From Dicyema japonicum (Eukaryota > Animalia > Dicyemida), in NCBI GenBank assembly GCA_011109175.1, contig RDEW01000042.1:473168-506167 (forward strand): 33,000 nucleotides of DNA, given 5' to 3'. The position numbers and the translations under genes were made by a program. Positions 1 to 11,060 of the stretch are shown in pieces (position 1 is the first letter of the stretch; each line of letters begins with the position of its first letter). The notes beneath the pieces were generated by a model, which saw only the letters and a list, made by a program, of their open reading frames with translations, was not told the origin of the DNA and made no database searches.

Positions 1-149
1 ACGGATACATCCGGGAAATCAACTCTCTCGGAAAAAAGAATAAAGTTATTCAGTGAATAAGCACAGGACTGGTGCATCAAGAGAAGGAAGAGTCAGTCGC
101 CTAAGGAAGCATCAGACCCAGCTTCAAACATCACTAAGAGATTTTCTTA

Positions 150-350
150 AGTAAATTCACTGCGCTACCTCGGGGTAGTAATCGACTGGAGAGGTTTCTT
201 CATGGAGGACATTAGACGAAGAAGGCGCTTCAAGCACTTTTATGTACAAGAAAGTAGTTTGTAAGCTTGGAAACCTTCTTGTTCATCATCATGAGAGTCA
301 TTCTTCCGGAGCTGCTATATGGATGCGAAGCATAGATTTTTCTCTTGCCA
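150..350 (+). mobile_element. RTE-like non-LTR retrotransposon relic (RT thumb and C-terminal region)
   Basis: Translates to SLRYLGVVIDWRG..EDIRRR and, after a frameshift, RVILPELLYGCEA*. These match the YLG and LLYGCE(T)W motifs of RTE-type ORF2. Confidence 0.7.
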
Positions 351-879
351 AAGAGAAAGAATTATAATACTTATAAAAAAAACCAAAAGGTCGACAATAA
401 AGTTGGCTTTGGGGAATAGGCTTTTTGATGTTCTCGGTACTAAAGAAGACAAGATTCTAACATCGGTAAAAATCTTGTAGAGAAAAGGATCGATGGGATC
501 CCACGATAGAAGGAGACTAAATGGAGTCGGGGTGCATCAGAAGTGTCCAGGTAGCATAGGCGGACACGTTTAAACATCCCTTAAACTAACTCCTTACTTA
601 CTGTTGAATAAATTGGTTTCGGTTTTACTGTCCGAGCGGCAGTAATATAATAGTTTGTTAAAGTTCCAATACTTAATGGGTCGCATTTAACCGTAATCGT
701 TACTTTCGGTCAAACGCTTAAACGATTTTAACGGCAATATCGATGTTACGGATCGTACTCAACCTGGAGTCGTTCTCAACCGGTGACATTTATTTATTGT
801 GGAAAATAAAATTAATTTAAAATTAAATTATGTCAATAGAATTTTAACTTATTTTAAGGTTTCCATTATGGCAGCAGTA

Positions 880-1240
880 ATTTAAGACACAATGTGAGTT
901 ATCAATAATGATAGAGAACCAATTTTCTGGAAGAGCCATCGTGTCATTCTAGACTCCTCCTTCCTCAGACTTCAATCCTCCCAATCAGCCCGATAAACTT
1001 TGTTGTAATAGGACCAAGCATTCGGTCGTCTCAACGGAGATCGGATGTATGCCAAAACCGATCTCTAATGCAACAATACCTCCTCCTTTTCCAATCTTTA
1101 GCAGTCAACGGAGCAGAACCTTTACACAGCGATAATCATATTCGCGTTTGAGAATGTACCAGCATATTTTGAATCCCAAGCAAGACTCTTTACTTGGTTC
1201 CACGGCATGGTAGTTACGCCATTCGGCCTCTTTCCACAAC
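880..1240 (-). mobile_element. CRE-like non-LTR retrotransposon relic (restriction-like endonuclease, C-terminus)
   Basis: Frameshifted pieces GKRPNGVTTMPWNQVKSLAWD, GSAPLTAKDWKRRRY, HPISVET and RWLFQKI match the DGKRPDG..PW..LVWD / FVPxAVET / FLFQRLS motifs. Confidence 0.75.
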
Positions 1241-1849
1241 CTTTGTCCGTCGGGATCCAGAAGACAAATAATACCCCATTACAATCATATAACTGGTCTT
1301 AACTCTAATAAAGTGTGTCTCGCGTGAAAAAAACAGTTATTTATATTATTATTTTAATTTCTATTTAAATCTATCACAATTTATCCACGATTGTTTAGTA
1401 ATCATGCGAAAATCAAATCTGTTTAATATTTAATGGTTTTGTGAGAAAGAAAACTGAGAAGCAACATGAGACTAAGACTTGGTTTCAATCAGTGTTACAT
1501 AATTTAGGAACATGGTTAAAAAGTCTAAGTTGAATCTCGAAGATCTATAATTGTTCATTCTCTGTCTCACCATAGACGAAAGTAAGAATCATTGTGAGTG
1601 AGTAGTTACGCAGCAATAAGTTGTCGGAGGAATTCTCAGTAAAAACGATTGAATGATTTCTTTTGGAAATACCTGATTGCACGATAGAATGCTTATCAAG
1701 ATGATGATAGATCATTTGGGAGTTGTAAATATGTCAATCTTATAATGAAGACAAAATAATAAAAACAGAGGGTTTTTCCGCAATTATCTATTCAACTGAA
1801 ATATTACTTTCGTTCTTAAACTATTCATTGTAATGGAACGCCAGGAAAC

Positions 1850-1922
1850 CAGGGCTGCGGAGTCGAAAAATAATATTAGAGGAGTTGGAGTCGGTCTATA
1901 TTTTACTGACACCACAGCCCTG
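1850..1922. mobile_element. 73-bp hAT-type MITE
   Basis: Terminal inverted repeats are CAGGGCTGCGGAGTCG and TGACACCACAGCCCTG. The flanking 8-mers CAGGAAAC and CAGGCAAT match at 6/8, consistent with a decayed 8-bp target-site duplication. Confidence 0.7.
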
Positions 1923-2035
1923 CAGGCAATATTCAGTCGAATGGATTGGTCATTTTTAATTCTTGAAAAAATAATAACAAAATAATAGAAATTTCCTTAA
2001 CAAAAATGTATCATGTTATATAATTTTGTGTTTTA

Positions 2036-2368
2036 TTATTTTTGCAAATCGCTACTTAAAAAAGTTATCTCTTCGTCGCTTCTGCAACATCGTGGACAAT
2101 GTCCCATGTCAGATTCATCCACGATTTCCTTGAGAGGCGATTGTTTGAAAGACATCAGGTCGTCTGTATTTTCGAGTTTCTTTTTTGACAGTAACAAGAT
2201 CACGATAAATTGCAATAGGAAGAGAGTAGCGAGGATGTCCGCGATGTCCACAACTGCTCTGAAAGTAAGCCTCATAGCATTGATTGTCTCAACTGTTTGT
2301 CCATTCTTAGGATATGCTGCAGTACAGAAGCAAGCAAGTGCATCTCGATTTGGTTTCTTTGCCTCCAT
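2036..2368 (-). other. Unidentified ORF with a hydrophobic stretch, possibly a coding relic
   Basis: 110-codon ORF with a TM-like segment (ILATLFLLQFIVILLL). No family recognised. Confidence 0.25.
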
Positions 2369-2714
2369 TCGTGTTTATCCTCAGTTTCCCAAAAATGCAA
2401 CTGCTCTCCGAATTGCAATAGATCATGGAAAAGATGAATTTTTCGAATTTATGTGATGATTATTTTTTCTATAATAATCTTCCCATGAATACGACCCAAA
2501 TGAATGATAATCATTTTCACAAACGGTATTTATTTTTTGTGCTCTTCCAAAAAACACTATCACACTATTTGGTATGATACTGATTCTATAGCTTTGATGG
2601 GCAACACCACAAGTTGTCTAGTTTTTAATTAACTAACCTCTAAAATGTCTCAAATAACTTAATCACTACATGGGGATAAATTGTCTTTCGATCAACTTTC
2701 AGATAGTCACGTGT

Positions 2715-2975
2715 AGTCCGAGATATCACGTGTGTAGATAATTTGAACATCTTCCTTCAGAGTGTTCCAATGGCTATTAAGCCGCTGCGAAGGTCGAAGC
2801 ATTAAAGTATCGGACCTCTCCAGTGATTCGATGTTTGTTCCTATCGCTACGAAGACTTTCTGAACTCTAGGACATTTGTTTTTCGCTTTCCTCAAAAAAC
2901 TCGGAAAATTTATCACAACCCAAACAGAAGAAATCCATGAATTCGAGCAATCCAGAGACGGGATGTCCATTTTTT
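2715..2975 (+). mobile_element. CRE-like non-LTR retrotransposon relic (REL endonuclease), second copy
   Basis: DITCVDNL, then after a frameshift SDSMFVPIATKTF*TLGHLFFAFLKKLGKFI, corresponding to WDxTCVDT / FVPIAVETLGxWG..FLKxLG. Confidence 0.7.
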
Positions 2976-3274
2976 AAACGGAGAACCCTTGTTTTATCGT
3001 CTCCACAGTTCTCATCATTTTCACTAGTAAGTTTAAGTTCTCTGGATCACTTTACTTGGATGAGCGCTTTACTGAAACGCGTCAGGATCAAATGATTAGT
3101 AATCTGTTTTACCCCTGGTGTTTTAAATAATTTCATTTCACATCTTTTGCAAGTTCGTTGAATTTGACTAAATGGGGGAAAAACAGCTTGATATAGCTTA
3201 AAAGAACGTCAAATTATCGACATATGAAATATTTAAGAAAACTGATTAGAATTTAATTAATTAAATAAGTTAGT

Positions 3275-3625
3275 TTATATACTCGCACAAACAACCATTT
3301 GCTGGTCGATCCCCAAATACTTTAGAGCCTGAAAATAAGAGAAGGAGGATTATTTCACTAAACTCATCAAATGAGAGCTTTCCGTCTCCGTCCTTATCTG
3401 CGTATAGAATTGTTCTGTCGATTACTTGTTCGAGTTAGTTATCTCTAAATTATCCCCGAACATCAATTTCATCAACTTGAACATCCCCTCACGTGTTAGG
3501 AACCCATCGTTGTTTACGTCGTATATTTTAAATGCGACTAGAGCTTTAAAAACGTTACTCACATGTAAGCTTAGCGAGGGGGTCGTCCTTTATACAAAAC
3601 AGGGATATCCCCTTGATAAATTTTA
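3275..3625 (-). pseudogene. PPP3R1: Calcineurin B regulatory subunit-like EF-hand gene fragment (3' half)
   Basis: FIKGISLFCIKDDPLAKLT|FAFKIYDVNNDGFLTREGMFKLMKLMFGDNLEIT(fs)LEQVIDRTILYADKDGDGKLSFDEFSE|ALKYLGIDQQMVVCASI* aligns colinearly with calcineurin B. It has a 25-nt GT-AG intron (3538-3562), one 1-nt deletion, and a 25-nt intron with an AT donor (3329-3353). No recognisable 5' half. Confidence 0.85.
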
Positions 3626-3789
3626 AAGGAACAACGCCACTAACTTTCCGTTCCGTCCTGCACATAACGGGGATCCATGTTAGCTATCGCACCCCAAGCA
3701 GAACGCACATTTGACATAGAAAGCTGAGTGACATTTTGAAAATTTTTAGCAGTTTTATCATCAAATTTAAAATTTATATTGCTCTTATA

Positions 3790-4250
3790 TTAGAAAACAA
3801 TAAAAAACTGAGTTATACTCTGAGATAAATTCAAATGAAATAAAAATCCCAAGTGATGAAAAAGTCCGCCAAATTTATCGAATTCAGTAATGCTTCGCTT
3901 GAGCCACAATGGTAACTTCTCTATCAATTTATTATTTGAGTATCTAGCATTCAAAAAACTAACAACCGTTTTGTCAAACAATGTTTTAAGCCATAATCAA
4001 GCCTGTCTCTCATAAGTTTCCCAATTTACTGATTCACAGCTCTTGTGACTTCTCTGTTGTACCAGACTCTCTTTTCCTTAGTATTTAACAAAAAGGCACA
4101 ATTACTACCTTCTCGTCGATAAACGCAGTCTTTACTTTTACTTGGCTCACTGAAGGCATAGGGCAGTCCAATGGGAATCAGAGTCCGCTCAAAGTCGTCG
4201 ATAAAATCCAATCCTCGCTTGCTTGAAGTAAAATAAAATCTTCAGACGAC
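3790..4250 (-). pseudogene. Unidentified multi-exon gene relic
   Basis: Protein-like frames SKRGLDFIDDFERTLIPIGLPYAF...|GKESLVQQRSHKSCESVNWETYERQA*LWLKTLFDKT are joined by a putative 32-nt GT-AG intron. Contains in-frame TGA stops. Confidence 0.35.
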
Positions 4251-4509
4251 AAATGGCCTTATAATGGGGCCTTTTGTATTATTAGAAATAGAACCATAAT
4301 AATTATTTATAACCTAAACAAATAAATATTTAATAATCTATAATTTGATGGCAAACCTCTGATAATTTGTTCTTTTTTCGCTTTTCTCCAAATTTTCCTT
4401 CCATGAGCGATCCCTTAGCTCAGTGAAAACAGATTTGGCGTAATTAAGCAGTATGTAAAAACTTGTCATCTATTTATTACTATAAATAACACCCAATAAG
4501 ATTAAGTAG

Positions 4510-5200
4510 CATAAAATGTCATGGCTACCAATAGTTTCCCCAGAGACTTAATGTAGGCCAATTTTCTCGATTTCCACAAGTAGAGATCAATTCCACTTTG
4601 TCAGATCCCTTCAATAAGTTTTCATGTTGATCACGTTGCAATAATGATTTTGTACTTTAAATTTCCTCAACTTGTTAGCTCGTAAATAATCCATAATCGA
4701 CTTGTTGAACAAGTCGTTAGGGTCGAGTGTCTTGCTTGGGAGAATAACTGAACAGGTCTTTCAGACTGCAGTATAGAAGTACCAATAAGACAAAGTTTTG
4801 CCTGTTTAACTGCAAGTGTGTCTGCAAAGTCTCTATCAAGGTGAATGAGCACTCGTGAGACTGATTTGCTTAGAGACCATCCAAATCGTTAAAAAATCTG
4901 CAAAAAAACATGTTAATACTTCCAGTGCGTCAGATATATGTGAGAGGGCGAGCCCCTTGCTGTTCACGTTCATTGATGCTATGGAATGAGAGATATAGTA
5001 AACATGTTGAAGAAATTGAGTTCACCAGCTTTTCGTCAAATAATGCTTTTATAGCATGAGAACTTGACCTCTTGAATTGAACCTTAGTAAAGATGTCCAT
5101 TACATTACTTAAATGACTAAAGAAATACAACCTGCCTTGTACAACCAATCGGGGTTTCTCTCGTCAGTTTATGAGATTGAGTGGCTTGTACGAGTTTTAG
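4510..5200 (-). pseudogene. Unidentified multi-exon gene relic
   Basis: Putative 22-nt intron gtattaacatgtttttttgcag. Frames include SHISDALE|IF*RFGWSLSKSVSRVLIHLDRDFADTLAVKQ and LPSKTLDPNDLFNKSIMDYLRANKLRKFK, with a stop and frameshifts. Confidence 0.35.
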
Positions 5201-5569
5201 TGATTTCACTAAAAGTCAATATAATCAAATAAAGTAGAAGTCATAAAATAGTGGCATTGGAATTATAAATAAGCTATTTTCAATGAATTGAATAATTTTC
5301 GAACAAAAATAACCAATAACGTATTATTGGAATTTTCAATCAATTTACTAACATGCTAAATAGTGTACTTGCAATATTTAAGGTTTTTCAATCAATTTAA
5401 TAATATAGAAAAAGTGTAGATTTGTGAGCTTTAAGTTGTTTTTAACCAATGGAACAACGTTTCAACCAATAGAACAAAGTAGAAAGCTAAAATATTATTT
5501 CAATAAATTTAATAACATTTCAAAAAAGTGAATAATGCAATATTTTGCGATCAAATGAATAATACTAGT

Positions 5570-5820
5570 AAAATATTACTTTTTAGTTGCATCACTTCAA
5601 TGGCAGTAATGGCTAAGTATATATGTCCAATACCCAATTTGTGCTCAACAGACTCCTCAGAGCTAGCATTCTTCACGTGTATTCGTTCATCCATTTCATA
5701 AATGTAGTCAACTCAAGAATAGTCCAGCAAGAATTGAAGAAAGCTGCCACACAAATGACTTTCTTTTCAAAAACAGCAAATCAACCAAATTATGAGAATT
5801 GTCACAAATTTAGACATTTC
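5570..5820 (-). pseudogene. Possible secreted-protein gene relic
   Basis: MSKFVTILIIWLICCF*KESHLCGSFLQFLLDYS*VDYIYEMDERIHVKNASSEESVEHKL is followed by a putative 21-nt intron (gtattggacatatatacttag). Two in-frame TGA codons. Confidence 0.3.
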
Positions 5821-5899
5821 CTTTGATTTTAACGCCATGTATAGCTGTCAACTAGACGTTAGTTGACCATAAAATACGTAGGTCGATTAGGTAGTTATA

Positions 5900-6200
5900 A
5901 GGCAAAAATATATTTCGGAACTTTTCATTTCCTTAGCAAAGTAATATAGACAAAATCTGCGGCAAACTAAATTAAAATTGTCACTTCAGTTCCATTCTGT
6001 ATGAGATCCTTAATGTCATCCGTGGAAGCCAGATCCTCGTATTGACTTTTGCCAAACTATGTAATGATCAAAATTAAATTAAAATTATTCCAAAGACCGA
6101 AAGTAACCAAACTATCTCCTTGATCCTGACTCGTTCCAGCGCTCTAGAACTTGTCTCCAGGAATCGATATTAGAAGAATAATCGGATCATCTTGATGCCA
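5900..6200 (-). pseudogene. Unidentified multicopy gene family, copy 1
   Basis: DSWRQVLE(fs)LERVRIKEIVWLLS|FGKSQYEDLASTDDIKDLIQNGTE|FAADF.., with putative 41-nt and 18-nt GT-AG introns. Alignable at nucleotide level to 7950-8090 and 8825-8960. Confidence 0.5.
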
Positions 6201-6429
6201 GCCAGGCATTGGACGTCTCTTCATGAAGTCGATCCAATTACGCCAGCGGATGGAAAATAATCTATGACCAACTAACCAAATAGCACCACATGATGCAACG
6301 GGGTCAATAAGTAATTATTTAAAAAAATTTAAATAAAATTTAAATAAAATTCTCTCAAAAAATAAAAAAATTACAAATAATCGAAATTTAGAAAAAAATA
6401 AAATATTTTAACTTAAACTCCTCTACGTC

Positions 6430-6530
6430 CAATACAAGAGGAATGTCCTACTTGGACGGTCTCCCCACTGGCCTCTCTCTCCTGCCTTGATGGAATCCCA
6501 CCTAATGCTTTCTGGCGATGTGAACCCCAA
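6430..6530 (+). mobile_element. Short LINE ORF2 relic (SGDVN motif)
   Basis: Reads HLMLSGDVNP. This could be the APE endonuclease GDxN motif (nucleotide similarity to 20950) or a deleted 2A-like LLSGDVxxNPG; ambiguous. Confidence 0.35.
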
Positions 6531-6584
6531 GTATTATTATTATATTAAAATAATAATAACTTAAACTCAATTGTATTTCGTGCT

Positions 6585-7082
6585 TGTATGGGAACGCGCT
6601 TAGAGTTGGTACATATTGTCTTTGACGTTGTTGGAACATTCTTTCTTGACAACAGAATGGATGCACATTTGGTCTCTCGAGGCAATAACGCAAGTCTTCA
6701 TTCTACTACATTCCCATCAAATATACAAATCAGCAAATATTGTCCTCTTGAATTCACCCACCGCGTGACTCTGCTGAGAATGTTTACAAGAATAGTATAT
6801 TATTTTTGGAAAATTGACATCGTTCGGAGTACCAAGTAATCTGATAATGTATTTAAGTTGTAAAGCAACGAAGATGCGCAAAGCAGCGATAAAGTTTTCC
6901 CGGTTCCGGTGGGGCTTTCTAAAAGTCCGTTTGTATTCTTCCACAAGAAATAAGACATACATTTTTCAGGAACTCAGTAACAGATAAAATCTTTACTTAT
7001 ATACGGGCGTGAATGTTATTTGTGGGGCATATAGAGTGTAAGGAAGTTAATATCAATCCCATTAATCGTTGTTATATTCCAT
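6585..7082 (-). pseudogene. RTEL1: RTEL1/FANCJ-type Fe-S DEAH helicase, 5' fragment
   Basis: ATG at 7082. TINGIDINF(P)YTLYAPQ, VTEFLKN|[66 protein letters not shown]. Introns of 23 nt (6938-6960) and 21 nt (6706-6726). Frameshifts and a stop; truncated after the Fe-S region starts. FANCJ is not excluded. Confidence 0.85.
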
Positions 7083-7757
7083 TTTAATTACATCTACGAT
7101 TAAAAATTAGTACTCCACATCAATGCAAAAGTTTCCTTGTTAACTTTTAAAAATGTTTAAAAATGTATACCAAAAAGGATAATTTTCTCTTTTCCACTAA
7201 GCTTGATCATTTTTTAATGAGTTTCCAAAACTGTGATTCTGGGTGGACTTTTGGTTGAAGGACTATTCGCAACTACGACTATGGGAAATAGACTTAATTT
7301 TTTGTTTATTATTAATTTTTTTCTATTGTATAAATCAAATAAATTAATTCTTTAGTTGAGATTATGTAGTAATTTGGATTTTATTGTCTAATTGTGATAA
7401 TAAATGCACTTCATAAAGAATGTACTAAATTAGTTGAATTAATTCTATTTTATTCATATTCCTGTATTTTAGTTCTTAAAAGAGTAAGCACCAAACATTA
7501 ACTGACAGAACAGTTCTTCATTGGATTTTTGTTTAGACACCTGGATTGTTTTCCCTTCACATTAGAATATGTGTTAATAATCGGGTATCCTGACATGTTA
7601 GAACTAGATCTCACGAGGGATAACTCTCTCATGCTCAGCGCTTGTAAGGTTTATTATTTTGCAGATCACTGAGTTGAAGAATAGATAAAACTCATTAACT
7701 AGGTGATCTCGGTCCAACAAATAGAAATATCAATCAGACGGGGAACCTGTATTACTA

Positions 7758-7906
7758 TTTTTATTTGATTTAGTAACACAACGTATCTTAAGGAGGTTTC
7801 AAGGTATTTGAATAGGATTTTGTTTAGACGACTTTAATGACTTCCGTTGTTGTTCATGACCATTTTTATTTAATTTAGTAACACCACGTATCTTAAGCAG
7901 GTTCAA
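7758..7906. repeat. Imperfect tandem duplication (about 45-bp core, 105-bp spacing)
   Basis: tttttatttgatttagtaacacaacgtatcttaaggaggtttcaa (7758) versus tttttatttaatttagtaacaccacgtatcttaagcaggttcaa (7863). Confidence 0.8.
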
Positions 7907-7949
7907 AATTTTTTAAGAAGGGTAATATCAAACCCATTAATTTTTTGAC

Positions 7950-8090
7950 ACTTTCCTCCATTTCCTTAGAAAAGTAATATAGAGAGATCTGCGGATAAAT
8001 AAATTTAAATACTTCAGTTCAGTTCCCTTCTGTATGAGATCTTCATTGACCATGAAAGCCAGATCCTTTTATTTGACAATTGCAAACTAA
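7950..8090 (-). pseudogene. Unidentified multicopy gene family, copy 2
   Basis: Aligns to 5915-6060 (shared catttccttag.aaagtaatataga, ttctgtatgagatc, gaaagccagatcct). More degraded; alternative frame YYFSKEMEESVKKLMG. Confidence 0.55.
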
Positions 8091-8824
8091 TAATATAAAA
8101 CAAATTCGCAACAAGAGAAGTAATCAATTGAAGTCGCTATTGCCGCATCCCGGATTATCATTGTCGTCAGACTCCTCCACGCTTTTTTTGAGATTGCGAT
8201 TTTTGGAGGTCGTCTAGTTCAAATCGAAGTAACTTGTAAAATCATCTGTCAGAAGCTGCACGAATAGGATGATAGTTAATATTACTCTAATAGACCAGAT
8301 TTGCATGTAATTTTAATTATGCAGCAATTAGTGACCCATGGAGTATCATATGAATGATCACTTCTCTACAAAATGTTTTGGAAACTAGTATTGTTTTTTT
8401 CAAAGTCACTCTTGCGGTGAAAGACAACTAGTCTAGAAATAACATGTGATAAAAATTATTTTTCCGTGGCTATAGAACTAAGAAGCCGTAGGATTCTTCA
8501 CTGTGCCCTTTCTGAAAGAAACGAAGAGTTGAGAAAAATTACCCTGCGAATCATTCTGGCTAAGACAACGAATCGGGATTATTTTAGTTAAAAATACAAT
8601 ATTAAACACCTGTAGATTACCATCATTGTTATTCCACGTTTGAAATTATCTTATTTTACATTAAAAACATTTTTTAAACGGCAGCTTGTCGACATTTTGT
8701 GCTATACGGCTAGTTAGTTAAAATTTATTTTGTCCCTCTGATGCCGTCATTGAATCCACCTTATTAAGAAAATTCAAATGCCTCGTCAGCATCAAAAGAA
8801 TCCAACTTTTCTTTTACCGGCAAC

Positions 8825-8960
8825 AATATCCTCTATGGAGACAATTTCTGGAATCATTGGAACATATCACGATTAAGGGGTTAGATCAGTTTTTACTTTT
8901 GGTCTTTGGAATTATATTATTTTATTATTTATATAGCTCAATTTGAATACGAATTTTGGG
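8825..8960 (+). pseudogene. Unidentified multicopy gene family, copy 3 (inverted)
   Basis: LWRQFLESLEHITIKGLDQFLLL|gtctttgg..atag aligns to the reverse complement of about 6045-6175 (WRQVLE.LERVRIKE..LLS|gtctttgg..catag). Confidence 0.5.
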
Positions 8961-9379
8961 TTTTATTGCGATTAGATTCCAAATTTAAGATTATTTGTAA
9001 AAAAAGTATATATTTAAAATTTTATCGTAAAATTGGAGCTCATTAATTTCTCTTAATCCAATCTTTTTATTTATCTTGAGCACATAAAAGGATTCTTGCT
9101 ATTAATTTAATCTAGGATTTTTTTTCCGCTTTCTGCAAGCTGCCCAATAAGCCTGATTAACCTTATGTGCAGGGACAGAACACATTGTAGAATTTGTGTT
9201 CATATTGAAAGCAAATACTGACTATGCTAAACCTATCCCATAAGGAAGAAGAATATTAGTTAAAGGAGCTGGCTGATTTAGCTTGGTTTAAATAAACTAA
9301 AGGAACATCTAGTAGTTGTTAAGTGTGTTGTAGTTAAAAATAAAATATTTTTATTTATTAAAGTGATAAGCACAAAACA

Positions 9380-9650
9380 TTAGTTAGCTGCCGCCCACAC
9401 TGCGTGGCTGTTCCCTTTCAGAATTGCTAGCGAGATTCGCGCAAACAGCCAGCGGCGTTCGCGGAGATTTCCAGTGCATGAGGTGATCCGTTTCAGAGCA
9501 GGATCTTGAAGCGCACTTGTAATGATTGTTCTGGGCGAACGTATCTGTACATCTCACGTCCCAAATAACTGGTTTCCCGGCTTCAATGGGAAGTTGGTCA
9601 TCCCTCCCGTCTGGTCGTTTCCCGTCACTTTTGCATAACCCGACCGGTTA
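9380..9650 (-). mobile_element. CRE-like non-LTR retrotransposon 3' end (REL endonuclease to stop codon), third copy
   Basis: PVGLCKSDGKRPDG..LPIEAGKPVIWDVRCTDTFA...RWLFARISLAILKGNSHAVWAAAN*, followed by AT-rich sequence. Confidence 0.85.
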
Positions 9651-9830
9651 TCGATTCTTGGATGAGGGCAATGTCCACTCTCAAATGAGACAAAAGAGAT
9701 CGTAATTCCAATACTTTATTGCGGACTCCATTTACATTTAGTTGTAGATCACTTAACGTGCAGTTGGGTCCCGGATTTGGATCTACATCACCAGACAGTA
9801 GTAGAGAGAAAATGGAGGAGTTGGTAAGCC
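9650..9830 (-). mobile_element. APE-type LINE ORF2 N-terminus with 2A-like (StopGo) peptide
   Basis: Uninterrupted frame SIFSLLLSGDVDPNPGPNCTLSDLQLNVNGVRNKVLELRSLLSHLRVDIALIQES: a 2A-like motif followed by the APE domain I NVNG and QE motifs. Confidence 0.85.
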
Positions 9831-9939
9831 ACCCTTCTGAATTTCGCAGAAAGGTAGGGAAAGTTAAACGGCTCTCTTCTATGCAGAACTTGCACTGAGC
9901 GCCACGACAACAACAGGTGAACCGTATGACGCCACGTTA

Positions 9940-10225
9940 TTTTTACTTATTTATTTAACCCTAAGACTACTAGGAGAGATAGGTCAAAACTAACTAATTA
10001 AGTGATCCCAGCTTCCAGCAACATCCGGACTCTCTTCAATTGGTCCTCTGATAATCCAACCGCACTTGGTTTAGGTGTGTCTGAACAATTGTTACAGCCA
10101 TAAAGCAAGGAAGGAGATTTATTTCTTGCAGCGATAATTAGGTCGTCCGCATAGGACAAAAACATAGTGTCCTGGTCATTGGTAGTAGGTAGGTCATGTA
10201 GAAATAGGTTGAAAAGACGTTATTC
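9940..10225 (-). mobile_element. LINE relic: RT catalytic core fused to ORF2 C-terminus and 3' tail
   Basis: LFNLFLHDLPTTNDQDTMFLSYADDLIIAARNK, then LLYGC and ..RMLLEAGIT*, followed by TTAGTTAG and a TAAATAAATAAG tail. Confidence 0.8.
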
Positions 10226-10399
10226 TTGATTTTTTGTTATTGGATTTTAAAAGATATCTATAAATTTTAATAATTCATAAATATACTCAAAAATTTTAAT
10301 TTTTTTATCAATAAACTAATTTGATAAATGCGTCTAGTGAGATTATCAAAAGAAAAATTAAATAATCACAGTATTTATCAATTCCAAGTCTGAAACTAG

Positions 10400-11060
10400 G
10401 CTTTCCACCAGAATAGGAGTACCGACAGTAATCCCTTTGCTCATGTAATTGGTAACAATGTGTGTATTCTCAGAGGTTCGGTTTGTATTCAAGGTCGATA
10501 TTTTCGCGTCTATTTGGGTTGAAAAATCACAATTTATGGGGTGTGTAGATTTTTCCCAAACACTTTCAACAGTCTCAGCTTTAACCCACTTAACGGGTCG
10601 AGCACCTTTTTTTTCCTTGCAAAAATTCGCAATGTGCCCAAACTATTGACATCGGTCGCACCTTGTAACCGGTTTTCTGTATTATTCAAAACGAATTCTC
10701 TGGAACCCAAAGACTATCCCCAGTCTCACATACTCTAGACTTCAAAGTTAATTTTACAACAGGAAGACTGCGCCAGTCCTTCATAAAACGTTGGAAATAG
10801 AAACCAGGTCGTAGGGATTCTTTAAATTAAGATTCAAGTGATCATCTGAGACCCAAGAAAAGATACCCTTCACAACAACAGAGGAAGGATATAGGAAGGA
10901 AGTAGTAAAAACATGTCCATCATTACCAAATGGGGCTCTCAAGCCAAAATCATCGACAAAAGAGTCGATATTGTCTTTTGAGGCAAATTCAAGCGAAATT
11001 ATGCTTAATTTTCTTAATGTAATTCGTGCCTTACTGGCTGTCGCTGAGTTTGATAGTTTA
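10400..11060 (-). mobile_element. Non-LTR retrotransposon ORF1 (Gag-like, CCHC knuckle) relic
   Basis: IISLEFASKDNIDSF..SSVVVKGIFSWVSDDHL..(fs)RFMKDWRSLPVVKLTL..RIRFE*YRKPVTRCDRCQ*FGHIANFCKE, a CX2CX4HX4C knuckle. Confidence 0.75.

Noticed and set aside
699-711. 13-mer GTTACTTTCGGTC shared with 6095-6107 (-)
   Set aside because: Several chance 13-mer matches are expected in 33 kb, and there is no flanking similarity.
2013-2456. 147-aa plus-strand ORF, the longest on +
   Set aside because: Ser/Phe-rich with no recognisable motif, and overlaps a minus ORF; probably an antisense shadow.
4698-4716. Perfect 9-bp inverted repeat CGACTTGTT-G-AACAAGTCG
   Set aside because: It is isolated and inside a coding relic, so it is compatible with chance.
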